From the NCBI GenBank assembly GCA_951406725.2, contig OX597832.1, positions 54,808,001 to 54,872,000 of the forward strand: 64,000 nucleotides of DNA, in the 5' to 3' direction. The position numbers and the translations under genes were made by a program. This DNA is from Octopus vulgaris (Eukaryota). Of this stretch, positions 1 to 17,408 are shown one piece after another. How positions within the stretch are numbered: the stretch's first letter is position 1; every line of letters starts with the position of its first letter. Below the pieces are notes generated by a model. The model was not told the origin of the DNA. It did no database searches and saw nothing but the letters and a program-made list of their open reading frames with translations.

Positions 1-80
1 TATCTGTCTCCTCTCAAAGCTCGTTTTTCCAGCGTTCACCACTTCACATCGTCTTGGCTTAACAGTCCTTACCGTTTGTT

Positions 81-451
<371 letters not shown>

Positions 452-629
452 TATATTCCCACACCAGAATAAAGATTGACAGTTTCTACAACTTCGTCCC
501 ATCATGTGCACTTGCTATTAACCCCAGGTCAACTCTGGTCGAATAGACCGATGATTCAAACATTCCAACACGATTCATTTTTCAGACACAGTGTATCTGA
601 GACGACATTGTATCTATGTATCGACAAGC

Positions 630-995
630 AGCGAGCTGGCAGAGCTGTTAGCACACCGGACTAAATGCTAAACGGCGTTTCATCCGTCTTTATGTTCTGA
701 GTTCGAAGTCGGCCGAGGTTGACTTTACCTTTCATCTTCTGTCAAATCGATAAATAAGCACCAGTGAAATGCTGGGAGTCGATGTAATCGACTTCCCCCT
801 TCCCTGGCTCTGTGTCAAATTTTGAAAGCATTCTTTTGCGTATTTACGTTCTGGGTTCAAATGCCACCGAGGGCAACTTCGTTTTTCATCCTTTAAGGGT
901 CAGTAAAATACGCACCATTTGAGAACTGGGGTCGATGTAATCGATTCCCCTCTTCTCTCAAAAAATTGCTGGCCTTGTGTCAAAATCAGAAAATA
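630..995 (+). mobile_element. Two degenerate SINE family B copies in tandem
   Basis: GCGAGCTGGCAG head, GAGTTCGAAGTC/GGGTTCAAATGCC B-box-like motifs, and a CTTTCATC...GATAAATAAG...GTCGATGTAATCGA core. Confidence 0.8.
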
Positions 996-1098
996 ATTAT
1001 TTGATGTAGCTATCGTTTTTTGAGATGATAGGGTATGATGGGAGCCGAGCAACAATACAGCGACTGCATCGTTGGCTCGGCCATAAGTACGGAATAGC

Positions 1099-1130
1099 AT
1101 GCATATAGTATGTTTGTATGTATATGTATG

Positions 1131-1217
<87 letters not shown>

Positions 1218-1424
1218 GTATGTATGTTTGTATGTATATGTGTGTGTGTATTTATATATATATATATATATGTATGTTTGTATGTATATGTGTGTATGTA
1301 TATGTGTGTATGTATTTATATATATATATATATGTATGTATGTTTGTATGTATATGTGTGTATGTGTATTTATATATATATATATATATATATGTATGTT
1401 TGTATGTATATGTGTGTGTATTTA

Positions 1425-1460
<36 letters not shown>

Positions 1461-1745
1461 TGTATGTATGTATATTTGTGTGTGTGTGCATCTTTGTGTA
1501 TGTGTTTGTTCCCCACCGCCACCGCTTGACAGCCGGTATTGGATTGCTCGAGTCCACGTAACTTAGCACTTTGACAAAGTAGAACCGATACAGTAAGATA
1601 CCAGTCATGAAAGCAAAAAAAAAAGAAAAAGAAATGTACAGGGCGATGGAGTGAGATGGGTGGGGGGCTTAATTTATGTTCAATTTAAACCCTTTCAACG
1701 CCGTGGCCGAGAATGACCGGACTCGAATGGCTAAGATAATCAAAA
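1099..1745 (+). mobile_element. Compound TA/TATG microsatellite followed by the degenerate 3' half of SINE A
   Basis: TGTTTGTTCCCCACCGCCACCGCTTGACAGCCGG...CGTAACTTAGC...ACCGATACAGTAAG resembles the 3' half of SINE A. Confidence 0.65.
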
Positions 1746-2324
1746 GGACTCTTTCCTTCAAATCGATAAGGAAATAATCACTTACAGATCGATATCTATG
1801 ATTAAGGAAAAAAATGTAGCTGTTCAATATATGCATTCATATTTTTAAAACCTGTTTCCTTGCAGATATACGAGGCCGCCATTAAAACCCAATAAATTGC
1901 GATTGATATTTATACGACTACACTTTCTTTTATTTTATTTTACTGCTTTTAGTTACGAGAATACGGCCATACTGGGGCACTGCCTTCAGTAGTATTAATC
2001 GAGCATATAAACCTTGCTACTTGTATGTGTTTGGTGATTATTGTATCGATCTGTATTTATCGATGAGCTACGGTGAATTTTTGACACAATGCCGTGTCTC
2101 TCTCTCGCTCTCGCTCTCTCTTTCTCTCTCTCTCCCTCTCACACACACACCTACACACACATGCATACACACACATGCATACACACACACATGCATACAC
2201 ACACACACGCACACGCGCACACACAATAAATATGGATATGTGTGTGTGTATATGTCTCTGCCTGTCTCTGTGTCTCTCAAGAGTAAACAAGAGAGTCAGA
2301 GACAGGCAAAAACAAGGAAAACGA

Positions 2325-2772
2325 TAACAAAGAAAATCTACTGCGAGCGGCTTGAACGGCTTAAACCAACGCTAGAAGAAAAACGACCATCTTTGGTTTG
2401 AATACGAAAAGTGTTCTTCCATCAGGATTATTTTCGGCCACATACAGCGAGGATGACATTCCAAAGGCTGGATCAGTTTGAATGGAAAACTATGCCATCA
2501 CCTACCTTATTCGCCGGACATTGCCCCGTCTGATTATCATTTATTCGGCAGTCTTCAAAATCATTTGGACGGAAAAAATATGAATTCTGTAGACAAGGTC
2601 AGAACAGTACTGGAGGAGTATTTTTTGGCATAGACAAGAGAATTGTGGAAAAGGGGCCTTGTAAGCCTACCAGATAGATGGAAGAGCATTGTAGAAAATG
2701 AAGGAGAATATATTTTAGATTTAAAAAGAACTTTGTATAAAAAAACTGTATTATCTATGAGATGACCCAATA
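2325..2772 (+). pseudogene. Mariner (DD34D) transposase, C-terminal relic with right TIR
   Basis: Translation across stops and frameshifts gives IYCERLERLKPTLEEKRPSL..VFFHQD..PHTARMT..YSPDIAPSDYHLF.SLQNHLDGK..LPDRWKSIVENEGEYILD. It ends in ...GATGACCCAATA, a TIR-like end before TA repeats. Confidence 0.92.
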
Positions 2773-2819
2773 TATACATACATATATATACATATATGCT
2801 TCCATACATCCATATATAC

Positions 2820-2868
<49 letters not shown>

Positions 2869-2899
2869 AGTGTGTGTGTGTGTATATATATATACATAT

Positions 2900-2971
<72 letters not shown>

Positions 2972-3080
2972 TTGAAGGCGCGAAATTGCGTCTGACCTTC
3001 TGGCCGATAACTGATGAGAATTTTGAAACATTCTGTATCTGTTTTCCGTTTGTGTGAGCATTTATTGTTTTTAATCCTAT

Positions 3081-3153
<73 letters not shown>

Positions 3154-3304
3154 TCAGGGCGTAGTTAATTTATTAATAGTCAGGGCGTAGTGAGGAATTT
3201 TACTGATTAATCCTATACTGCATTTTTCTTGGAAATATATAAACGCCATTTTAATCTTCTCTGAATATATGCAACAGTCTTTTACGTAAATAACTAATAT
3301 CCAG

Positions 3305-3459
3305 AAAAACAGGCGTGATTGCTTCCTAACCACGTGATCTTGCTCCCCAGTTCCTCTATGCGGCGCTTTGGTCGAGCGTCTTATAGCCACGGGCCGACCA
3401 AAGCTTTGTGAGTGGATTCGTTAGACGGAAACTGTGCGGAAACCCATTGTATATGTATA

Positions 3460-3510
<51 letters not shown>

Positions 3511-4010
3511 GTACGTCTTTGTATTTGTGTTTTGTCCCCCTAGCACCGCTTGATTACCGGTGCTGGTGCTGTTGCTGTTGAGCGGTCCGAAACGTGGTCC
3601 TTTGCTATTCGTAAGACCCGCCGAAGAGAAAGCAGGTCAACCCCCGACACCGAGAGCATCGACGGATGGATGAATGCGCATCCAGGCTCAGCGGCTGCGT
3701 AGGAAGTCGGGGACAAGAAACAGGAAGAAAGAGTCAGAGAAATTTGGGATGAAAGAGTACAACAGGGGTCGCCACCACCCCCTTCCGGAGCCTCGTGGAG
3801 CTTTAGGTGTTTTCGCTCAATAAACACACACAACGCCCGATCTGGGAATCGAAACCGCGATCCTTCGACCGCGAGTCCGCTGCCCTAACCACTGAGCCAT
3901 TGCGCCTCCACTACCGGTGCTGGTTTACGTCTCTGCAACTTAACCGTTTGGCATAAGAATAAGTGTCATGCTCAAGAGTAAGTATTGGGGGTCGATTTGT
4001 TTCACTAAAA
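3305..4010 (+). mobile_element. Old SINE A copy interrupted by a SINE C insertion
   Basis: GGGCCGACCAAAGCTTTGTGAGTGGATT..GACGGAAACTG, then a (TG)n tract; the 3' half resumes after 3924. Confidence 0.8.
3568..3911 (-). mobile_element. SINE family C, tail type 1
   Basis: tRNA-like head TGGAGGCGCAATGGCTCAGTGGTTAGGGCAGCGGACTCGCGGTCG...GTTTCGATTCCC. 13-bp TSD TACCGGTGCTGGT at 3555-3567 and 3912-3924. Confidence 0.92.
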
Positions 4011-4084
4011 CAGGGGTTCGGGGGAACTCTTTTAACCATTTACCCCATCAAAATATATTCATTTACACCGACGTTACCCCCTTG

Positions 4085-4226
4085 TACATTATTTACATTT
4101 GACGGATATTTGTCCTCATCTTGTTTGTTGTTAACACACCGTTTCGGCTGTGAGGACAAATATCCGTCAAATGTAAATAATGTAAATAATGTACATTAAT
4201 TCCTTATTTCTTAAATATAGAACTGT
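4085..4226. mobile_element. Small fold-back insertion (Penelope pLTR-like) with 12-bp TSD
   Basis: 34-bp perfect inverted arms at 4085-4118 and 4151-4184. TSD GTTACCCCCTTG at 4073-4084 and 4227-4238. Confidence 0.75.
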
Positions 4227-4935
4227 GTTACCCCCTTGATTTGAAACGAAGAAAATCATAGATATTTTGAATTCAAAAGGTTAATTAAATCTGTTTACAT
4301 GAATCTATTTACACGTCCGTTACATTAGACAGATGCAATGTTACGAGTAGAAAATTCTTGTGGTAACAAGGAAACACGTTTTTTATATAATTTTGTTTAT
4401 GTGTAACGAGTCCTCATTACTCCCCAAAATTTCATTTTTACCCCCCACTCTGTTATATCGCACGTTCCGATGACCTCTACTCAACTCCCGACGTTTAGAT
4501 TTCTCCCTCTATATCTACGTATTGGACTAGCCTACTTCATCGTCAGGGGGCGTCCACACAACACACTTTTACCCCAAGATTTTCATCTTTACCCCCGGTT
4601 CGCCGACCCCTGGACTAAACCCTTCGAGGCTGTACCGCAATACAGTCGCAGTCCAATGACTAAAACAAGAAAAATATAAAGACAGAGAGTCTACGGGAAA
4701 AAATACTCGCCCAAAGTACCTCTCAGTGGGATCGAACCGGAGATTACGTAATTCCGAAGTGAATCTCTTAACGACAACATTCACTTAACCACTTGATCGT
4801 TCGTCTGAATAATTATTTGCGCAGGTTTCAACACGACAGAGTCACGGTCGATTTATTGTCCGTTTGATGTTTGACGTAAAGAGTTGTACTTTAAATGTCA
4901 TTTCAATAACTCTCTCTCTCTCTCTCTCTCATTTC

Positions 4936-4966
<31 letters not shown>

Positions 4967-6204
4967 CTATTTTGTCTTCACCTGTCTCTCTCTCTCTCTC
5001 TCTCTCATTCATTCTCACTATTGATAATCTGTTAAGAGCTTTTATAGATAATCTTTAAAATTTTTATTAACATCGTTATATCATATATTATGTATATTTT
5101 CAAGGACACGGAAATATTTTTTTTGCTTGTGTGTCTACGTGATTCTTTCCAATTTAGGCACAAGGCTAAAAATTTTGAAAGGAGTTGAGGGTTAGTCGAT
5201 ACACCATCGACACCAGTACTTGACTGGTACTATGTTTCATCAAACTCGGAGTGACAGAAGTTGATCTCAGAGAGATTCAAACTCAGGTCTTAAAAGATCT
5301 TACCTTACATTTTTCATTCTAAGATTTTGTGGTTATAAAAATGCATAAACAACAATTTTGGTGTGGAAGATTATATATTCATTCCATGGTTACCTGAGGG
5401 AAAATTTGGCTCTTCTGTTTAATTTCTGATTAGTTAAAGCCACCATCAAATGAAGCATTAGAGCGTATTGTTATGAGAATGGGAGAAATCATGCGTTGTG
5501 GTGTTCATTCATTCATTTCCAAAGTTATTGGAAACGGAAACAAAGTGATGATACTTTCATTGAAACAGCTGGCAAGTAACTTAACACCATTACATGAAAC
5601 AATATACTTCTGTTCATTCCAAAAAGTGTTTAGCGAATCGAGTCAACGGACAGGATTCTGCGAACAATCTGCAAGAAACAGCAGCTAAGTTTCCATCAAA
5701 TTCTCCGTACCGTTTTGAAATGGTAAAATTTTTGTAATGCCGGCAACAGATATGATGCAGCTATGATTCTTTTCTCTAAATTTTTGCTTGATACTAAAAA
5801 TGTTTTACGCGTTTTGACTGTGGTAAAAATGGTAATGCTTCTTTGGGCTTAAGTAGAGTAGAGGAGGCTTTTTAAGTCTAAAGGTTCGACGTACTTTTTG
5901 CTTTTATCTCTCACAAAAGTCATAGTTTAATTGTGCTAAAATGGGACACAGAATTGGTGTTATTAAGTCTGGGAGTATGAAGTAATTCTTGGTCGGAATA
6001 TGGGTCTAAATTCAAATAATAGACAAAAATTAGAGACCAAGAAATTTAAAACAAACATTGCAAAATTCTACAAAATGTTTAGCGCATGCACACACATACA
6101 CACACATACGCACACGCTCTCTCACACAAACACACATACACGTGCATGTATCCAAGTTTGTGTGTATGTATGTATGTAAATGCATATATACATACATATA
6201 TATA

Positions 6205-6241
<37 letters not shown>

Positions 6242-6244
6242 TTA

Positions 6245-6473
6245 AGGCGGTGAGCAGGCAGAAACGTTAGCGCGCCGGGAGAAGTGCTTAGCGGTATTTC
6301 GTCTGTCGTTACGTTCTGAGTTCAAATTCCGCCGAGGTCGACTTTGCCTTTCATCCTTTCGGAGTCGATAAATAAAGTACCAGTTTCGCACTGGGGTCGA
6401 TGTAATCGACTTCATGCCTTTGTCTGTACTTGTTTGTCCCCTCTATGTTTAGCCCCTTGTGGGCAGTAAAGAA

Positions 6474-6476
<3 letters not shown>
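6245..6476 (+). mobile_element. SINE family B, full length
   Basis: AGGCGGTGAGCAGGCAGAAACGTTAGC head, GAGTTCAAATTCC B box, core, and tail ending AGCCCCTTGTGGGCAGTAAAGAAATA. Confidence 0.92.
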
Positions 6477-6513
<37 letters not shown>

Positions 6514-7001
6514 ATATATATGTGTGTGTGTGTGTGTGTGTACGTATTTATGTATCTGTACGTAGATGTACCTTTTCAGCAATGTATATACATGTTTTTG
6601 TGTATGTTTGTATGCATGCATATATGTAAGTGTGTGTATGTGTGCGTGTATGTCTGTCTGTCTGTACGTGAGTGCAGGATATGTCGAATGTCTGCTAAAA
6701 TAACAAAAACTGAAGCTATGTTGTCTTGCCTTTGTCTCTCACAACAGATCGAACTGATTTAAGATAACGGAATGGCTTCATTTCGTAAATTGTTTCACTT
6801 TATTAAATTGGTTTCCAGCGGCCATTGCCAGGAATATGGAAATTAAACGAATGGAACTAATACAATAGTTGTAGTGCATTTACCGTGGAGCTATTCTTCT
6901 GTGTATTATGGGTTGTCATATAAGAAGATAATTGATTCAGAGACATTAGCCGTGTGCAAAACAATAGTTAAGTTAAGGGCTAATATATTTAACACGGTGA
7001 A

Positions 7002-7272
7002 AAGGCGGCAAGCTGGCAGAAACTTAGCATAGCGGCATTTTGTCCTTATTTATGTTCTGAGTTCAAATTCCGCCGAGATCGATAAAATAACTGATAGCTG
7101 AATACTAGGGATTTTGAACTCATCAATGAGTTCAAAATTCCGTCGATGTCGACTTCACCTTTCATTCTTTCGGGAGTCGACAATATAAGTACTAGCTGAG
7201 CCCTTGGCTCGATGTAGTTTGACTTACCCTCTCCTCAGAAATTGCTGGCCTTGTGCTAAAATTTGAAACCAA
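7002..7272 (+). mobile_element. Nested degenerate SINE B copies (tail variant GGCCTTGTGCTAAAATTTGAAACC)
   Basis: Two GAGTTCAAA(A)TTCCG motifs and two core remnants. Confidence 0.75.
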
Positions 7273-7422
7273 TATATTTAATAGCGTGAAAAGAAAGAAA
7301 CATTAGAAAATGCTAATCGGAGATATTAAAAATTTCTATTACCAGTGGTCTAGCGTGTAATGGAAATGTCTAATATTCCCGATTACCCTTTGATAATATT
7401 AATTATTGTGAATAGATCGATT

Positions 7423-7770
<348 letters not shown>

Positions 7771-8931
7771 AAATAAAAACATGAGAGCAAAGTGCTCTCT
7801 CTCTCTCTTTTACGATTTACAGGATCATGCTCAAAGTGGTTTCGTCACTCGCACGCACCATCTTTGCTACATTCACCCCCCCTTTTTTTGAAACTTTCAC
7901 GAGACTGAAACTTAGATAGATATATTGAGTATGACATACTTATTGATACCTTAAGTTACGTAATTTTTTGTCATGTTGGTAGATTCTGTGCTTATACCTG
8001 TTGCTTTCTGCGACTAGAGAGTTAATTGGTGAATTATTTGTGGCTGAACTGTAGCTATGTGGGAGCTGAAATACAAAATATTTTGAGCTAAAACGAAATT
8101 CTAATCAACTGAAGTAAACTCATATTGAAAAGAAAAAAAGAATTAATTAGCGTTAACGACAATTCTTATAAGGAGAAGCACGGAAGATAACTTCAGAGTA
8201 CAAGTCATAGTGTATGGTGAGTGGCTATAATGATTTTCATGATAATTCGGACATGTTTAGTCTTCTCATTAGGTCTCCTCAAAGAAGCATAATCTCACAC
8301 ATTAACTACCAGACCTTAAATATCAGTGAGATGATAATGGATTAGAATGGAAAGAATCGTATTTGATAGTTAACTATATAATTCCCATTTAGGAAATCTA
8401 TAATTATTTTTATCAAACTTTTCACCTGACTGCGGTAGACGTTCTTAATTATCTTAACTTGTGCGGTCATTTAATAAGAAAAACCATTTTTGCAATATAT
8501 TCTTCACGACCCACTAGTACAAATATAATAACCTTTATCGCCAGAATATTAATGAAACTGCTCACATTTCTTGATGTGATAGCATTTAGGCGGCGAGCAG
8601 GTACAACGAACAAAATTCTGAGTTCAAACTCTATCGAAGTCAACTTTACCTATCATCTATTCGGGGTTGATAAAATAAACTGGGGGTCGATTCAGTTGAC
8701 CAGCCTCTCACATATGCGCATACGGGTACCAGATAGATGTTTTATGAGCAGATAATATGTGACTCTCATTAAAATTGATGTAGAAAAATCCAAGATGCTG
8801 GAAGTATAATGAAGTAAACATAAAATATAAGAAATAAAAAGGCAAAGTCGAACTCGTAAAGACGGACAAAATGCTTAGGGGCATTTTGTCCGGTGCCAAA
8901 AATTTGCCAGCTAGCTACCTTACTACTACCA

Positions 8932-8984
<53 letters not shown>

Positions 8985-8988
8985 ACTG

Positions 8989-9030
<42 letters not shown>

Positions 9031-9075
9031 ATAATAATAATAATAATAATAGTAATAGTAATAATAATAATAATA

Positions 9076-10337
<1,262 letters not shown>

Positions 10338-10340
10338 ACC

Positions 10341-10521
10341 TATTTCTTTACTACCCACAAGGGGCTAAACATAGAGAGGACAAACAAGGACAAACAAACG
10401 GATTAAGTCGATTATATCGACCCCAGTGCGTAACTGGTACATATTTAATCGACCCCGAAAGGATGAAAGGCAAAGTAGACCTCCGCGGAATTTGAACTCA
10501 GAACGTAACGGCAGACGAAAT
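10341..10521 (-). mobile_element. SINE B, 5'-truncated
   Basis: TATTTCTTTACTACCCACAAGGGG...GGATGAAAGGCAAAG...TTTGAACTCAGAACGTAACGGCAGACGAAAT. Confidence 0.9.
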
Positions 10522-10545
10522 ATGATGATGATGATGATAACAATG

Positions 10546-10600
<55 letters not shown>

Positions 10601-10634
10601 TAATAATAATAACAATAACAACAACAAATACAAC

Positions 10635-10702
<68 letters not shown>

Positions 10703-10948
10703 CAGTAGCATATCTGAGGTTGTGCATAAATCGAATATAACGTTACTTCCATAACACGAGCAGCGGCAACAACAACAACAACAATTTTTTTTTGTTTGTT
10801 TCTTAGCTGAAATGAATACATTTTCACGAAGAAAATGGTTGGTGTTAGCGATTGCTGTGACGTCAGACACAATTGATCTAAATTTATAGAAAAGTAGGCG
10901 CTCAGCGTCTCTAAGTACACTCGATATATTATTTAACAAAAGTGTTTA

Positions 10949-10984
<36 letters not shown>

Positions 10985-11160
10985 ACTACATGCATATACA
11001 CATGCACACACCTACGTACATGCACACGCCCACACTTCTTACGTTCATGCATACATACATACATACATACATACATACATACATACATACATACATACAT
11101 TAATATATACATACGTACATAAGCTAGCTCACACGGAGGCGTACACAAGCATATATATAT

Positions 11161-11185
11161 ATCATCATCACCATCATCGTCGTCG

Positions 11186-11223
<38 letters not shown>

Positions 11224-11236
11224 GTCATCATCATCG

Positions 11237-11271
<35 letters not shown>

Positions 11272-11356
11272 GTCATCATCATCATCGTCATCATCGTCAT
11301 CATCATCGTCATCATCAACATCATCATCATCATCATCATCGTCGTCATCATCATCG

Positions 11357-11394
<38 letters not shown>

Positions 11395-11431
11395 GTCATC
11401 ATTATCGTCATCATCATCGTCATCATCATCG

Positions 11432-11484
<53 letters not shown>

Positions 11485-11500
11485 GTCGTCATTACCATCT
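11161..11500. repeat. (CAT)n microsatellite with CGT variants
   Basis: Direct inspection. Confidence 0.95.
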
Positions 11501-11584
11501 TCATAGTTTCATCATCGTTTAACGTCCGCCTTCAATGCTGGCATGGATTGGACGGTTTGACGGGAGCTGGCTTCTGTGTCTGCC

Positions 11585-11635
<51 letters not shown>

Positions 11636-11657
11636 TCTGTGTCTATGTGTGTATACT

Positions 11658-11850
11658 TTTATTATTTTACCTTGTTTCAGTCATTTGACTGCGGTCATGC
11701 AGGAGCACCGCCTTTAGTCGAACAAATCGACCCCAGGACTTATTCTTCTGTAAGTCTAGTACTTAATCTATCGGTCTCTTTTCTCCGAACCGCTGAGTTA
11801 CGAGGACATAAATACACCAGCATTGGTTGTCAAGCGATGTTGGGGGACAA

Positions 11851-11903
<53 letters not shown>

Positions 11904-12068
11904 TACACATACACACATGCATACATACGACGGGCATATTTCAGTTTCCGCCTACCAAATCCACTCACAGGTCTTTGGTCGGCCTGAGGCTATAGCACGG
12001 TGTCACGCAGTGGGTTTGTACCCGGAACCATAAGGTTGGTAAGCAAGCTCCTTACCACACAGCCACTA
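11658..12068 (-). mobile_element. SINE A
   Basis: Full structure with an internal (CA)n tract and a small internal deletion near the head. Confidence 0.9.
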
Positions 12069-12680
12069 AACACATATATAGCCATATGTGCATACAAGCA
12101 TACATGCTACCATACATAAATCCATCCATCATTCCACCCGCCCATACATACAGACATCTATGCACACATCCCTCCATCTATCCATTGATCGATCGAGCCA
12201 ACTACTCACCCATCCATTCATCCATCCATCCATCCATCCATCCATCCATCCATCCACCCATCCATCCATCCATTCATACATACATACATTACCCTAGGTT
12301 TCGTGTGGTGGCTTTTCCACACGACGTTGGGAAAATATTAAGGTGAAACTCAGAGTAATGGCGCCGTTAAGTCTATTGTAATTCCTGTTGATACCTATAC
12401 ACACACGCACAATAACACAAACATGTATGCATGCATTTATGTATGTATGTATGTATGTATGTATGTATGTATGTATGTATGTATGTATGTATGTATACAC
12501 GCCCGCACACGCATATCTTCATCGCAAATGGAGTGACACTTGGAAATATATCAAATCACATTAAAATAAAAACATGCATATTATCATTATACACACACAC
12601 ATACACTTACACACACACATACACTCACACACACATGCACATGCACACACATTATACGTACATGAATAATATATATATAT

Positions 12681-12765
12681 ATACTTAAATATATTTGCTA
12701 TAATTCCATAAATATATGCACGTTATAATCATACGTATATATATATATATATCTATATCTATATC

Positions 12766-12806
<41 letters not shown>

Positions 12807-12868
12807 TTAAATATATTTGCTATAATTCCATAAATATATGCACGTTATAATCATACGTATATATATAT

Positions 12869-12899
<31 letters not shown>

Positions 12900-12970
12900 T
12901 ATATATATATACTTAAATATATTTATTATAATTCCATAAATATATGCACGTTATAATCATACGTATATCT

Positions 12971-13029
<59 letters not shown>

Positions 13030-13075
13030 TTAATATAATTCCATAAATATATGCATATTATTATCATACGTATAT
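12681..13075. repeat. Minisatellite: four copies of a ~55-bp unit separated by TA/TATCTA tracts
   Basis: Unit ATACTTAAATATATTTGCTATAATTCCATAAATATATGCACGTTATAATCATACG at about 12681, 12803, 12909 and 13022 (the last is degenerate). Confidence 0.9.
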
Positions 13076-13099
13076 ATATATATATATATACATGTAAAG

Positions 13100-13165
<66 letters not shown>

Positions 13166-13719
13166 TATATCTTATGATATATATAATAAATTAATAAATA
13201 AATAAAACATATGCATATATACATACATATATATACGTATATATATATATGTGCATACGTATCTGAGGCTCGCTTTAGTGTTTGTATCTTTAGTTTGTTT
13301 TTGTTTTTGTTTTTGTTTTTGTTTTTCCTTTTCCTTTTCTTTCTTCGTATATATCAGCAAGTTGCTAGCAATATTACCAATTACGCCTGCTAAGTTATTT
13401 AATAAGCTCCACGTTTCTCGAATACGCCATGCGTGTACAACGACATTCATGTGAATCCTTCAACGTCTTCCTCTCCTTCACCCCGCCCCCCCCCCCACCC
13501 CGCTTCTCTTACTCCTTCTCAGTTTCATTTCCCTCCTCCTCCTCTCCCCCCACCCCCACCGCCAACCGCTTCCTTCTCCTTCTTCTCCGCCTCATCTTTC
13601 ACCCACTTCTCCTCCTCTTCCTTTCTTCGTCTCTCCCTTCTTTTCTTTCTCCTTCATAATTGTTATGATTTGATTTCTGTATAAATGGTGGGCGAATTTA
13701 TTGAATAACTAAACTTCCT

Positions 13720-14330
<611 letters not shown>

Positions 14331-14391
14331 TGTTATTCGTTTAGTTCTGTGCGTGCACGCGTACGCCTGTGTATGTCTATGGCTATGCGAG

Positions 14392-14426
<35 letters not shown>

Positions 14427-15124
14427 TTCTCATTTAATCATTCATACACACATTTCTCTCCTGCTGTCGAGAGGAAGCGTATAATCTTTCCAATATTTAT
14501 CTTTTACACATGCCTCCGCACGCACGAGGAAACACACACACATACACACACACACACACATACATATACACACATGCGTGTGTGTGTATGCATACATACA
14601 TATATACAACGGTTATAGTACATTCGATATCCAATATCCTATAACCATGCATACACATACGTATCTATAACATGTATATAAGGATATTAAAATATGTATG
14701 TATGCGTGTGCGTGCATGTGTATAACTTTATAGTTATATATGTATAAACATACTTGTATATAGGTATATATATGTATATATATGTATATATATGTATATA
14801 TATATATACATATATATATACATGTATATACATATGCACACATACAGACACATGTGTATGTGTATAATTTTATATAGTTATATAAACATGTATGTATACA
14901 TATATATATATATACACGCACGTATATACATACACAAACATACACATACACACAAACATACACACATACACATATATTATATATATATATATGTATATTT
15001 GTATGTATATGTGTATATACGTATATATTTCCATGTTTGAGTACACATATTTATGTGTGTGTGTGTGCGTGAATGTGTGCGTGCGTCTATCTATCTGTAT
15101 ATATATATATATACGTACATATAA

Positions 15125-15162
<38 letters not shown>

Positions 15163-15438
15163 ATATATATATATATATACATACAGACACACACACAGAT
15201 ATATATATGCATATTTGTTTATGTGTGCATACATGCAATTGCGTGCATATACGTATGTCAATGTGCACTCGCGTGCGCGTGTGCGTTCATGCATGTGTTT
15301 GTATACGTTTATCTGTGAATGCCTGAGTGCCTGTAGATGTTTCCGTGTGTGTGTGTGTATCTGTGTGTGTGTGTGTGTGTTTGTGTGTGCTTGTGTATGT
15401 GTTTCTTTATATTAATAATTTCATATTTGTCAAATACG

Positions 15439-15469
<31 letters not shown>

Positions 15470-16158
15470 GCACTCACACACGCACACAGAAACATACGTA
15501 CATATACACGCACACACACATTCGTCGACGCCTACATACACACATACAAAACATACGCACACACAAACATACACACTTGCACACATGCGTATATTGAAAT
15601 GTATAAAAATCCATAATTTTGTGGCCGTTTAATAATGGCCGACGTGTGGAAATGAAATGATATACGCAATAATACGATGTCTGTGTTATTTGATCGTGCA
15701 TTATTAGATGTTAAATTTGTATTTTTTACAATATAATAACATTGCCAATATCTACATCAACAGGTTATTAATTACCTACAGTTGCCAGGCGCCGAACTAA
15801 ATCATTTAATATATTTCGTTTCCTTCGATTATTTATTTTAGTTTAATTTAGTTATTTTACTTGTATTTTTACGTTCAATTGCCATCGGCTTCCATTTTAA
15901 CTTTCATTCCTCCAAAAGTTATTCTTGTTGTTGCTTAGTCTTTCGTCATTAATCTTTAGTCACCAGCGATTCAGCAGACATATAATCCATGCCGTTCCAT
16001 ACGTGTCTATCGTGTCAGCTATAATTATCAGGAACTACATTCTGCGATGTGTGCTGTCTATGAGACACTAAGGGTTTGGTTTGGGAGAAAATTGACTGCT
16101 GTTTTTAGCGTGTGCAGCGACTGAGTAGAAACTGCCTGACTGACCCGTAGAATAAGAA

Positions 16159-16209
<51 letters not shown>

Positions 16210-16262
16210 ATCTAATCTATCTATCTCTCTATATTATGTATATACATACATACATACATACA

Positions 16263-16331
<69 letters not shown>

Positions 16332-16489
16332 TTTTCCGACATTCGCCATGATAGATCGCTAGCCACTACACATTCTTTATTTTCTCTCCTTGTTTCTTTA
16401 TGTGTTCCTTTCTGTGGAAGAGCGTAGATTTGAATTTGAATGTGTATATAGAATATATATATATATATATATATGTATATGTATGTATG

Positions 16490-16523
<34 letters not shown>

Positions 16524-16746
16524 TGTATGTATGTATGTATGTATGTATGTATGTATGCATGTATTATATATAGAGCGTAAACCTACTGTTGCATATGCTT
16601 TGTAATAATATAGCAATATTCTTGATTTCAAATGCCGACGAAACAATTGTAAACAATGGAATGAATGTTATATCATACACTGAATCCTGTACTTACATAC
16701 ATAGATAGATTGATAGATAGAGAGACAGACAGACAGACAGACAGAT

Positions 16747-16911
<165 letters not shown>

Positions 16912-17408
16912 TCCCGTTGGCTCAAATGAACTGAAAATATTAGCTTTGGGAGCAACTAGTCTTTTAAAAGGTTATCATATCGGTGACGTGGGTTTGTAAA
17001 ATAAAAGTGTGTAGGAGGGTTTATAACCAAATCAAGCTGATACGCATCATTAACGTAGTTAACGTTCTTTACAAACTAATAATTATTATGCAGTATCTCT
17101 CTTTATAGGCTGCGAATTCTTCAGAACATTTAAGGGATTATTTTACGGCATTTATTTCACACTTACTGCTCTCTGAGTTCAAATTCCGTCGAGGTCATCT
17201 TTGTCCTTCATCCTTCCAGTTTCAGTTAATGAATTACCTGTCGAATACTGAGCTATTTTTTTTACTTTCTTCCAGAATCGGTGACGTTGCATTGTGTGAA
17301 GAGACCAATCATAGAATCCCTTTTGCCAGAAATGAAAAAAAAAACCCAGAAAAAGGTGAATGGGAGTCTAACAACCTATTCTCAAAGGAAATGCTAATAT
17401 GCTAATAT

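Noticed and set aside
12681-13075. CRISPR-like repeat-spacer pattern
   Set aside because: The spacers are TA microsatellites, the context is eukaryotic, and there are no cas genes.
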